64,000 nt of DNA, from NCBI GenBank assembly GCA_965230045.1, contig OZ245940.1:5075961-5139960 (forward strand). Reading direction: 5' to 3'. The position numbers were made by a program, and so were the translations under genes. Every line of letters begins with the position of its first letter. Positions within the stretch are counted from its first letter, which is position 1. Shown piece after piece: positions 18,801-26,709 of the stretch. Source of the DNA: Bacteroidales bacterium (GTDB taxonomy: Bacteria > Bacteroidota > Bacteroidia > Bacteroidales > WRLA01). The notes beneath the pieces were generated by a model that had not been told where the DNA came from, searched no databases, and was given only the letters and a program-made list of their open reading frames with translations.

Positions 18801-19233
18801 GGTCGCCATGCTTATCCACCATGGCCTGTTTGAAGCTGATGCTGATGCCTTTTTGCCCTTCCACCTTCCAGGTTTTTTGATCCGTGCTTGTCGGACTGGA
18901 GAATTTCAGCACTTTGCTGTCGTTTACACACAGCTCAAAATCCTGACTTTGAGGCAAGACATCGATACCATAAAGCCAGATAAACGAAAGCGTTTCTTTG
19001 TTATATGATTTTGGAACGACCTGTGTTTCCCACTCAATGGGTTTGAAATACTTGTTTGCCCTGACCAGCAATGATTTTTCAGAATTTGAATAGGGTGAAT
19101 GATAAACAAATTTATTGCCTGCAAGATCTTTCTGATAACCAACCAGATAGTCGTTTTGTGAAAATACAGGAGCGACAATTCCCATCAGGATTATCCCGAT
19201 AAAAAGTATAAGCTTAAGATCTTTGTAGTTCAT
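15817..19233 (-). CDS. Glycoside hydrolase family 38 (alpha-mannosidase-like), secreted
   Basis: 1138 aa with a signal peptide and a GH38 N-terminal metal/catalytic motif context (VYLVQHSHTDIGYT). Confidence 0.7.
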   Translation of the reverse strand: MNYKDLKLILFIGIILMGIVAPVFSQNDYLVGYQKDLAGNKFVYHSPYSNSEKSLLVRANKYFKPIEWETQVVPKSYNKETLSFIWLYGIDVLPQSQDFELCVNDSKVLKFSSPTSTDQKTWKVEGQKGISISFKQAMVDKHGDQMGYAVLTMPTVLVTKGQPVKIKVDGIDNKSDAWYMTFEVPLDNKFSAEQLKTVTKENDKLYHTIRFNYVHLGAPEEAVLRVDDEVKTIMLATGLNEIDFLIPKADEPGLVKTSFVVGTNKQEQEVAVNPVKEWTVYLVQHSHTDIGYTRAQSEILAEHLRYIDYALDYCDQTDQYSKDAQFRWTCEASWAVREYLNNRPKEQVDRFLQRVKEGRIEVTGMFFNFSEIVDETALAMQLQSLKKFKEQGIDVKTAMQNDVNGIGWCMIDLYHNTGVKYVTMGQHGHRARIPFDKPTSFWWESPSGNRLMAYRSEHYMHGNALSLTNGKIDVFRDNLSDYLGDLENKDYPLDRISFQFSGYVTDNSPPSTKACDIVEEWNSKYEWPKLKLALASEFMIYIDQNHPEILEVKKEAWPDWWTDGFGTAMNETKTSRVTSAQMSATTGLLAMAQAAGAAIPEQLKNDISLCYDNLLFYTEHTFGADESISNPTSENSKNQWSQKSSYVWTANQQANLLREKAIGLIQPYISLPKEASVTVFNTLNWDRSGLVEAFIYHDLLPLDKECIITDEKGNKVPTQIMKSRNEGSYWALWVNDVPAMSYTTLKINVLDKQIESKTSRKRLADTIENQFYKIIIDEQHGGISSIIDKETGKELVDQNAKYKLGSFIYETIEDRRELERLTHSVRDTNYSPINREFIQLNDFKITDIQDGEIWTSIHCNGKINACADHHGVNMEIRLYKQEKQIELLYEMNKRSNTNPEAIYIAFPFSSEDKGELLFDVQGGVVRPGLDQLEGTASDWNTIQNFASVNNQNGQIIFSSNDIPLVQFGAINTGRYYYKHKPERAHIYSWVLNNYWTTNFKADQSGALSWSYQITSTDDNSISKATRYGFGNKVPMISRTNAGNSGRPAPESKAFIEFNELENLLLVSSRPSKDEDGIILHLRETEGDHAVLDIARLLSNEHIKAVYEINSIGEKQKELSSFLLFEHFETKFLLLELTE

Positions 19234-19254
19234 ATTTTAAATTTTATCAGTGTG

Positions 19255-19411
19255 CTATTTAGTGTTTGTCTATAATGTCGTGTTTCTGAGCTAGAAAGTT
19301 CGATAACGAGGCTTGCACAGCCCGAAAAAGCAGAGTTTACTGGTGTAAATGACTGTTTCCAGCAAAAGAAATAACGCTGAGATCGGACATTATGGACAAG
19401 CACTATTTTAG
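19255..19411. repeat. Inverted repeat of ~36 nt flanking ~85 nt between the MFS and GH38 genes
   Basis: Left arm 19255-19291 (CTATTTAGTGTTTGTCTATAATGTCGTGTTTCTGAGC) against the reverse complement of 19376-19411 (CTAAAATAGTGCTTGTCCATAATGTCCGATCTCAGC). The core TTGTCYATAATGTC is shared. Confidence 0.6.
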
Positions 19412-20731
19412 TTGATTTTCAATTTCTTCAAGACTCATCTCCCGCGTTTCCGGGACAAATCTTTTCACAAAAAAGAAGGCTACCACAGTAATTCCCGCAA
19501 AAATCAGAAATGTACCCCCATTTGACCATGCCTGAATTCTTGGGAAAAACTGTGCTACCAAAACATTGGTAAGCCAAAGGGCCAATGTTGCAATAGACAT
19601 GGCTGTACCCCGTACTTTTGTTGGATAAATTTCTGAAATAATGATCCATGTTACCGGGCCGTACGAAAAAGCAAAACAGGCAATAAAGAGCGTGATAAAA
19701 ATGATAATCAGGAAAGGGGTTTCCAGGTCCAGCAAGAAGTATGAGCTACACATAATCAAAGCAATAAATACGCCGATAATGCCTGAAAGCAGCAATGGCT
19801 TTCTTCCCCAGGAGTCAATTTTCCAAATGGCCAGAAGCGTAAAAAGAACGTTTACAATCCCAATACTTACCTGTCCTCCAAGCGAATCGCTCAGCGTTAA
19901 TCCGGCATTGTTCAGGATATCCGGACCAAAATAAATGATGGCATTTATTCCGCTCAATTGCGATAAAGCGGCCAGAGCTGCACCAATAAAGAGCAAATTC
20001 ACCAGGGACTTTTGCTTCAAAATATCCCAGAATCCTGTTTCATCATTTTTTTGACTCTTCGAATATTCCATCTGATTGTCCGCTTCTGCTTTAGGGATAT
20101 ATTTTTGAAGGATGTTCCGTGCTTCATCAAGCCTGTCTTTAGACAGCAACCACCTGGGACTTTCTGGAATGAAAAACAACATCACAAAAAACAAAAATGC
20201 CGGAGCTGTTTCGGTGGCAAACATCCAGCGCCATGCATCCGGATTTTCACTGCCTAACAAGTTTAGGATGTAAGAATTTGATAAATAGGCAGATAAGATT
20301 CCTACTGTAATTGCTAATTGATAAAGGGCCACCAGTCGTCCCCGCATCTTTGCCGGCGACAGCTCAGCAATATACATGGGCGAAATAATGGATGCCAGGC
20401 CAATCCCGGCTCCGCCAATTAAACGGAATATTATAAGCGATGCCATGGAGCTGGCCAGGGCACATCCCAGAGCAGAAACAGTAAAGAAAACAGCCGATGC
20501 CAGCAATACTTTCTTTCTGCCCAGCACATCGCTGATCAACCCGGCAGATGCAACGCCCAGCACGCAACCTACAATGGCAGAACTGACAAACCACCCCTGA
20601 AGGTCAACCCCCAGAGCAAATTCACCGGTGACCATTTTAATGGTTCCTGAAATCACAGCCGTGTCGAAACCAAACAACAAGCCACCGAGCGCGGAAATAA
20701 AACTGATCAGTATCACCTTCTTTTTACTCAT
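19403..20731 (-). CDS. MFS sugar porter family transporter
   Basis: 12-TM profile with sugar-porter signatures GRKKVLL, PESPRWL and PETREMSLEEIE. Confidence 0.85.
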   Translation of the reverse strand: MSKKKVILISFISALGGLLFGFDTAVISGTIKMVTGEFALGVDLQGWFVSSAIVGCVLGVASAGLISDVLGRKKVLLASAVFFTVSALGCALASSMASLIIFRLIGGAGIGLASIISPMYIAELSPAKMRGRLVALYQLAITVGILSAYLSNSYILNLLGSENPDAWRWMFATETAPAFLFFVMLFFIPESPRWLLSKDRLDEARNILQKYIPKAEADNQMEYSKSQKNDETGFWDILKQKSLVNLLFIGAALAALSQLSGINAIIYFGPDILNNAGLTLSDSLGGQVSIGIVNVLFTLLAIWKIDSWGRKPLLLSGIIGVFIALIMCSSYFLLDLETPFLIIIFITLFIACFAFSYGPVTWIIISEIYPTKVRGTAMSIATLALWLTNVLVAQFFPRIQAWSNGGTFLIFAGITVVAFFFVKRFVPETREMSLEEIENQLK

Positions 20732-22512
20732 GCTTCGTTTTTTTCAGATTTTACAAAAGCCTTAACCACTTTACAGGGCGAGCTGCTTTCATTTAATAAA
20801 GTATATTTTTTGCATGCGGCCGGAATGACAAAGGTTTCCGCGAAATTAAACCGCTGCTTTAAACCCTGCGCTGTCTCCAAAATCAATGATGTTCCCTCAA
20901 CCAGCATCATTACATGGCACTGATTGTTCGTTTCTACCTCCACAGATGATGCAAATTCAAAGCGGTGTACATCATAAAAATGCGCCCTGTGTGTAGGTAA
21001 GTGAATCAGCCTCCAATCATCACCCTGATCTATTAAAGCCGGTTTTGAAATATGCTCCCGCGGCACAAGACTGCCCTTTCTGCTGAAATCAAGGTTTTTA
21101 AATCCACGTTCGATATTTAAAGGCCTTGGATTTCCTTCCAGATCAAGACGAAGCCAGTCATAAAGCTTAAAGGTAAAAATATAAGGGGTTGAGCTAATCT
21201 CCAGTACCAGATTGTTTTTACCGGATCCGTGGATCGTTCCACTTGGAATAAGGAACAAATCGTGTTTGCTTGCTTTTTCGGAATGCACGAATTTATCAAT
21301 TTCCACCTTGGCCGAATCAGCATAACTATCTTCCAGTTCCGAACGGAATTTTTCCGGATCAACATCCTCCCTGAAGCCCAGATAAACATCTGCATCCTCT
21401 TTGGTGTCCAGGATGTAATAACATTCGTCCTGGGTAAAAGATTCCCCGAATTCGTTCTCAAAATACTCCTGCTGAGGATGCACCTGAACCGAAAGATTGC
21501 CCCCATCAAAGGTGTCGAGGAAATCGAAGCGAATGGGAAAATCGTAACCAAAACGCCCGGCGGCCTCGCCCAACACATTTTGATATTCCCGATACATCAG
21601 AAAATCGAATGATACTTCCAGCATTTTTTCCTGATCGTTGAGCATTAGTCCGTTCTCAGGTACGATCAACTCAAAAGACCATGCATAATTCGGAACATCG
21701 GGATTGAGCTTTTTGATGTTTTCTTTCATCCACTGACCGCCCCACGGACCGGGCTCAAACCAAGGCCGAACCCTGAAAAAATTCCGGCTCATCTCTTTCA
21801 GGCTGTTTCTTAAGCAATTACCCGATGTCCAATATGGATTTTCTGTCCTTTGATCGTCCATGATTATGTCGATATCCGGGAGGATCTGCTGCTTGTGTTT
21901 ATTCAAAACCACCCAATCCACAAAATAAAACCGCTTATACATTTTCTTTGGAGCGAATGTTGTAGTCGCACCAAGGTTTGTGATGGAAGCTGCCCGCATT
22001 CGGAACTGAAGCTCGTTTTTGGGGAGATCAACATAAAGCAATGGTCCGTCCCAATTGCAGAGCGATGCCCCACTTCCGTAGAGTATATTCAATGCTGCCT
22101 TTGAATCCGGCCTCAGCTGTTTAAGATTTTCCTTGACAAAGAAATCCTCCAGATCAAGATTCGTCTTTTTGCCGAAAAGAGGATCATCGCCGCCCAGGAA
22201 AGGCTCAATGAGTCTGTCAATTGCTTTGCTTTCCTTTAAAGCCACGGAAACATCAAAGCATAATACTTTAATGCCTTTTTTGCTGAGCGCGTCACTAAGA
22301 TTTGCAATCAAAGCCTCCCATTGCACGCCAATATAGCCATCGATAACGGCCGTTTTTTGCATTGCCAGATAATCGGCAAGCGCATTGTAACCACTTTTAA
22401 TCGAAGCTGTTGGCACTTCAAAGCCCGGATAAATATCATAATCACCAGCTTGGGTTTTTTGAACCAGCTCCGGGAGCAAAAACTGTGTTGTCTTTCTAAT
22501 ATCTGGATTCAT
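20728..22512 (-). CDS. Cupin-type sugar isomerase, class I mannose-6-phosphate isomerase-like (long form)
   Basis: PWGGQWMKE, LSVQVHP and FLIPSGTIHGSGKNNLVLEIS resemble PMI type I metal-binding motifs. It overlaps both neighbouring genes. Confidence 0.55.
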   Translation of the reverse strand: MNPDIRKTTQFLLPELVQKTQAGDYDIYPGFEVPTASIKSGYNALADYLAMQKTAVIDGYIGVQWEALIANLSDALSKKGIKVLCFDVSVALKESKAIDRLIEPFLGGDDPLFGKKTNLDLEDFFVKENLKQLRPDSKAALNILYGSGASLCNWDGPLLYVDLPKNELQFRMRAASITNLGATTTFAPKKMYKRFYFVDWVVLNKHKQQILPDIDIIMDDQRTENPYWTSGNCLRNSLKEMSRNFFRVRPWFEPGPWGGQWMKENIKKLNPDVPNYAWSFELIVPENGLMLNDQEKMLEVSFDFLMYREYQNVLGEAAGRFGYDFPIRFDFLDTFDGGNLSVQVHPQQEYFENEFGESFTQDECYYILDTKEDADVYLGFREDVDPEKFRSELEDSYADSAKVEIDKFVHSEKASKHDLFLIPSGTIHGSGKNNLVLEISSTPYIFTFKLYDWLRLDLEGNPRPLNIERGFKNLDFSRKGSLVPREHISKPALIDQGDDWRLIHLPTHRAHFYDVHRFEFASSVEVETNNQCHVMMLVEGTSLILETAQGLKQRFNFAETFVIPAACKKYTLLNESSSPCKVVKAFVKSEKNEA

Positions 22513-23377
22513 TTATATTCAATTTTGTACTTAAGGCTGCACCTGCTATGGCAGAATAATTGTTGTCTTTGGCCTTGATCACAGGGCATCCGGTTTTTTG
22601 AAGCAAATGCGGTGCAAAATAGGCCCAGGCTTTGCTGATATTGCCACCAATCACACAACATTCAGCCCGATTATTAACGACAAATTGGTGCAGGAATTTA
22701 CCCAAATCATTCCCAAACCCTTCAAACAATTCAATGGCTACTGCATCCCCTGATTCAGCCAATTCTGTTAGGTCTTTTACATTGGTGATTTGATTCCTGC
22801 TCCACGCATTATAGGTTTTTACAAACCAACGGGTAGAGAAATAATCATCCGCTATGGATTCCTTATAGGGAAAATGATAAAGCATCTCAGATTGAGGTAG
22901 GCCATCGTGAATAAAAGTGCTGCCAAAACCGGTTCCCAGGGTAATGGCCAATATCCGGCTGAACTTATCAGATATATTGGAATATTCGCCAAGGGCAAAT
23001 GCAGAAGCATCATTGATGAAACTTAGATCTGATAAAGCTACCTTAAGATTCGTGCTAAGGTATTGCCCGACATTTATCCCAAAAAGATGATCAAATTTCC
23101 CAACATTCAGGATTTTCGAGATTCCTTTTTCATAATCAAAGGGACCGGGAACAGCAATCCCAATGCCGGAAACAGCAGTTGTTGAGCAGGCAAACAATAC
23201 TTGTTGCATCAGCTCAGACCAAGCTTCCAGGATATGAGAGGCAGGAGCTTGTGCATCTGTTTTTCGCTCACGATATGATTCAGCAACAACAGCCTTTTTA
23301 CCCATATCAACCAGCGCAGCAGAAATATGTGAACCGCCGATATCGACACCAATGCTATATTTTATTTTTTGTGTCAT
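22496..23377 (-). CDS. ROK-family sugar kinase
   Basis: N-terminal ATPase motif IGVDIGGSHISAALVD and the ROK-like motif TLGTGFGS. Confidence 0.8.
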   Translation of the reverse strand: MTQKIKYSIGVDIGGSHISAALVDMGKKAVVAESYRERKTDAQAPASHILEAWSELMQQVLFACSTTAVSGIGIAVPGPFDYEKGISKILNVGKFDHLFGINVGQYLSTNLKVALSDLSFINDASAFALGEYSNISDKFSRILAITLGTGFGSTFIHDGLPQSEMLYHFPYKESIADDYFSTRWFVKTYNAWSRNQITNVKDLTELAESGDAVAIELFEGFGNDLGKFLHQFVVNNRAECCVIGGNISKAWAYFAPHLLQKTGCPVIKAKDNNYSAIAGAALSTKLNINESRY

Positions 23378-24108
23378 GCGTTCCGCTTGATATCAATGGT
23401 GTAGGTAAATTTATCGCTGCGGTAGTAGCACAGATTGTACTCAATGATTCGCTCTCCCGGATCAAGCACCAGCCTCTTCCGGAACAGGATTGGCGCACCC
23501 TTTTTCACTTTCAGCAATGATGCTATTTCATTATCTGCTTCTATGGCCTGTATTTCCTCTCTGGATGTCACAGCACGCGTGGAGTAACGGTTCTCAAGGA
23601 TTTCGTACAATGGTTGGGAGAAATCCTCGCTTTCCTTTAGTTCAATACGAGGGTGAAAATAGGATTTGAAATAAACAAAAGGCCCATCTTTATCACCGCG
23701 CAGGCGCCTCAGCTCAAGGATTTCCCTGCCTTTGTTTATGTGTAGTTTTTTCGCGATATGCCCGTCTGCCTGAATAAGGGCCGTTTCTATGCTGAGGTTC
23801 TCAAAATGTATGCCCATACGGCTCATTTCTTCCGTAAAACTCGACCAATTGTCCAAACGCGTACTCACATTATTGGAACGCACAAAAGTGCCCACGCCTT
23901 TCTTCCGGACAAGCGTTCCTTCATAAACCATTTTGTTTGTGGCCTGACGAATGGTATTCCGTGCGATCCCAAGCAATTTGGAAAGCTCAACTTCCTTGGG
24001 CAAAGGACTTCCATTAATATATTTTTCATCTTTAATCAACTCCCGCAGCAGCTGTTCTACCTGCATGTGCAAAGGCAGCGGACTTGTATGGTCTATGGAT
24101 AAGTTCAT
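23374..24108 (-). CDS. GntR-family (HutC/UTRA-type) transcriptional regulator
   Basis: wHTH region (LPKEVELSKLLGIARNTIRQATNKMVYEGTLVRKKGVGTFV) followed by a UTRA-like C-terminal half. Confidence 0.85.
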   Translation of the reverse strand: MNLSIDHTSPLPLHMQVEQLLRELIKDEKYINGSPLPKEVELSKLLGIARNTIRQATNKMVYEGTLVRKKGVGTFVRSNNVSTRLDNWSSFTEEMSRMGIHFENLSIETALIQADGHIAKKLHINKGREILELRRLRGDKDGPFVYFKSYFHPRIELKESEDFSQPLYEILENRYSTRAVTSREEIQAIEADNEIASLLKVKKGAPILFRKRLVLDPGERIIEYNLCYYRSDKFTYTIDIKRNA

Positions 24109-24470
24109 GTACTATGTTTAAATGTTCAAACATACTACAAATTTTTTAATATCAATGAAAAAGCGAAATAATTTTGAAAATTACGTAATACTCCAACTGA
24201 AATTGCATCAAGTACAAAACACGAAACTGCCCCCCTGTTCACGGGCTTAGCTTGGCGCAATTCGTCTATAAAGTCTCCTGAAATTTCGGGATTGCTCAAG
24301 ATTTAAATTCTCATCCTGCACCTACTGGAATTCGATTTAGATTTTCACACATACTTCGACGGCGCTTAGCATAGCATATGGGATTTGAATTTTATAAAGC
24401 ATACTCCGGACATTATGGACAGAAGCTCATTAGTATTTTTTCTATTTTTGAGCATAATTCAATACGTCAT

Positions 24471-26120
24471 ATGAGAATAACCTTATTACTGTTCCTCTTT
24501 TGTGTTTCCTTTAATTTGCAAGCCGATATTCCAATTGACAGCCTTATCAGTAAGCTCGAAAGCACCATGTTACGAAGAGCTGAATTTGATGCTGTCAAAG
24601 AAAAAAAGATCAAGGAATTAAAAAATTTATTAAATAATAAAGAAATTTCACAGGATCAGGAACTGTTTATCACGAATCAGCTAATCGATGAATATTCCAA
24701 ATACACCTTTGATTCTGTTGTATCGTATTTATTAAGAAATATTCAATTGGCTAAAAAAATTCAAAATATAGAAATGATAAACAAGCTTAATATATCCATG
24801 GCAGATATCATGGCCTCAACAGGGAAATATTTTGAAGCATCAGATTTCTTGAATTGCATTGATCCAAACAGCCTCTCAAAAACATTGAAAATCAAGTATT
24901 TTAAGGCTTTGATCAAAATATATGATGAAATTAGTTTTCATTCCCCTTTTACTGATTTCCATCACAAATTCAGCAATAAAGTCAAGGCTTATACAGACTC
25001 TATCATTCCGTATTTAGATCCCCAATCGGAAGATTATTTAGCCATTCAGGAAAAAAAATACGTAGATGAGCGCAATATTCCGAAAAGCCTGGAGATTAAT
25101 CATCACCGTTTGGCATTATCAAGGATGGGAAGCAAAGCTTATGCACAGATCACCTACGAACGTTCACTTTTATATCGGTTAAACAAAAATAAGGAGGAAG
25201 AAATGAAATTCTTTTGCCTCTCGGCCATCTCTGATATAATAAGTTCGAATAAGGATAATGCATCCTTAACAGAATTGGCATTGCTCTTACACAAAAAAGG
25301 AGATATTGACCGTGCCAATAATTTTATCAAATTTGCATACGAGGATGCCGTTTTTTTTAATTCAGAGTTGAGATTTAAACTTCTTTCTGAAATCTTACCA
25401 ATTATTAAAGACTCTTATCATTCCAAAATAAAAAAACAACAAAACCGACTGAGCATTCTTCTGGTAATAAGCAGCTTACTATTAGTTGCTCTTATCGTTT
25501 CATTAATTCTGATCCTCAAGCAGGTTGCTGAAGTCAGAAATAAAAAGAATGAGCTATCAAACTTAAACAAACAGCTGAAAGACCTCAATAAAAGTCTCGC
25601 TAAAACCAATGATCAGCTTCAATTTGCGAATCTGGAATTATCAGAATCGAATCATGTTAAAGAGCATTACATTGGCAATTTCTTAACGATATGCTCTGAT
25701 TATATTTACAAGCTGGATCAGTTTAATAAAAAAGTTAATAAGCAGCTGGCGAACAGAAACATAGAAGAATTATTTGCTGAGACCAAATCAAAAAAGCTCA
25801 TTGATGCCGAAATCAAAGAGTTTTATGAAAATTTCGATAAGGCCTTTCTGAATATCTTCCCAAACTTTCTAAACGATTTTAACCAACTATTGACAGAGGA
25901 CGAACAAATAGAGCTTAAGAGCGAGGAGCGCTTAAATACGGAATTGAGAATTTTTGCACTCATCAGGTTAGGCATAAAAGAAAGCTCGCAAATTGCAAAG
26001 CTGCTCCGCTATTCTGTAAATACAATTTATAATTATCGTGTGAAGGTCAAAAATAAGGCAAAAGGCGAGCGTGAACTCTTCGAGAGTGAAGTAATGAGAA
26101 TAGATGCAATGGGGAAATAA
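24471..26120 (+). CDS. Membrane-anchored TPR / coiled-coil / C-terminal HTH regulator (DUF6377-like architecture)
   Basis: Signal/TM start MRITLLLFLFCV, helical repeats, a TM segment (LSILLVISSLLLVALIVSLILIL), a coiled coil and a C-terminal HTH-like segment (IAKLLRYSVNTIYNYRVKVKNK). The family name is from memory. Confidence 0.55.
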   Translation: MRITLLLFLFCVSFNLQADIPIDSLISKLESTMLRRAEFDAVKEKKIKELKNLLNNKEISQDQELFITNQLIDEYSKYTFDSVVSYLLRNIQLAKKIQNIEMINKLNISMADIMASTGKYFEASDFLNCIDPNSLSKTLKIKYFKALIKIYDEISFHSPFTDFHHKFSNKVKAYTDSIIPYLDPQSEDYLAIQEKKYVDERNIPKSLEINHHRLALSRMGSKAYAQITYERSLLYRLNKNKEEEMKFFCLSAISDIISSNKDNASLTELALLLHKKGDIDRANNFIKFAYEDAVFFNSELRFKLLSEILPIIKDSYHSKIKKQQNRLSILLVISSLLLVALIVSLILILKQVAEVRNKKNELSNLNKQLKDLNKSLAKTNDQLQFANLELSESNHVKEHYIGNFLTICSDYIYKLDQFNKKVNKQLANRNIEELFAETKSKKLIDAEIKEFYENFDKAFLNIFPNFLNDFNQLLTEDEQIELKSEERLNTELRIFALIRLGIKESSQIAKLLRYSVNTIYNYRVKVKNKAKGERELFESEVMRIDAMGK

Positions 26121-26398
26121 ACCAAACACATCCACTTTTTTCACAAACCGACGACACCGCTATAACCCTGTTATTCATGTCTATAAGCAAATTTTTATAT
26201 ACATAACATCCACTTTTTCGCTACCTGCCCTATGATTCCCATTGAATTTTTATTCATTTTGTGAAAATAATTTTTGGCAGAGCTCAGCCCAGATGTGGCC
26301 AATCTGCTTAAATCAATTCTGTTTATGAAAAATCATATCACGGTGTTTAATAGCATAATTCTTGTTCAATTATTCAATAATCTTAATTCTGCACAATA

Positions 26399-26611
26399 AT
26401 GGAAAAAGTTTGGACTGAAAGAAGGATATGCACCGAAGATCAGCTTATCCGGATAATGCCCAATGAAGATCATGATTGTGTTTTGATACAAATTCATGAA
26501 TTAAACGATGAAAAAAGCAAATGCCAAATATACCTATCCTACGATGAAGCAACTATGCTGGCAAAGCAATTATGTGGTTTTGTAGATGATAACCCAAGCA
26601 GTACCGAATAA
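26399..26611 (+). CDS. Small hypothetical protein (70 aa)
   Basis: ORF in an otherwise empty intergenic gap upstream of the GH3 gene. I recognise no motif. Confidence 0.3.
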   Translation: MEKVWTERRICTEDQLIRIMPNEDHDCVLIQIHELNDEKSKCQIYLSYDEATMLAKQLCGFVDDNPSSTE

Positions 26612-26709
26612 TTTTATCAGATGAAACTACGTTTTATTGAAGTGCATGAAAATTATAGTTTTAATTTCCTTTCGCAGAGCGGTAACCAATAAAAATAAAA
26701 TATTATCAC

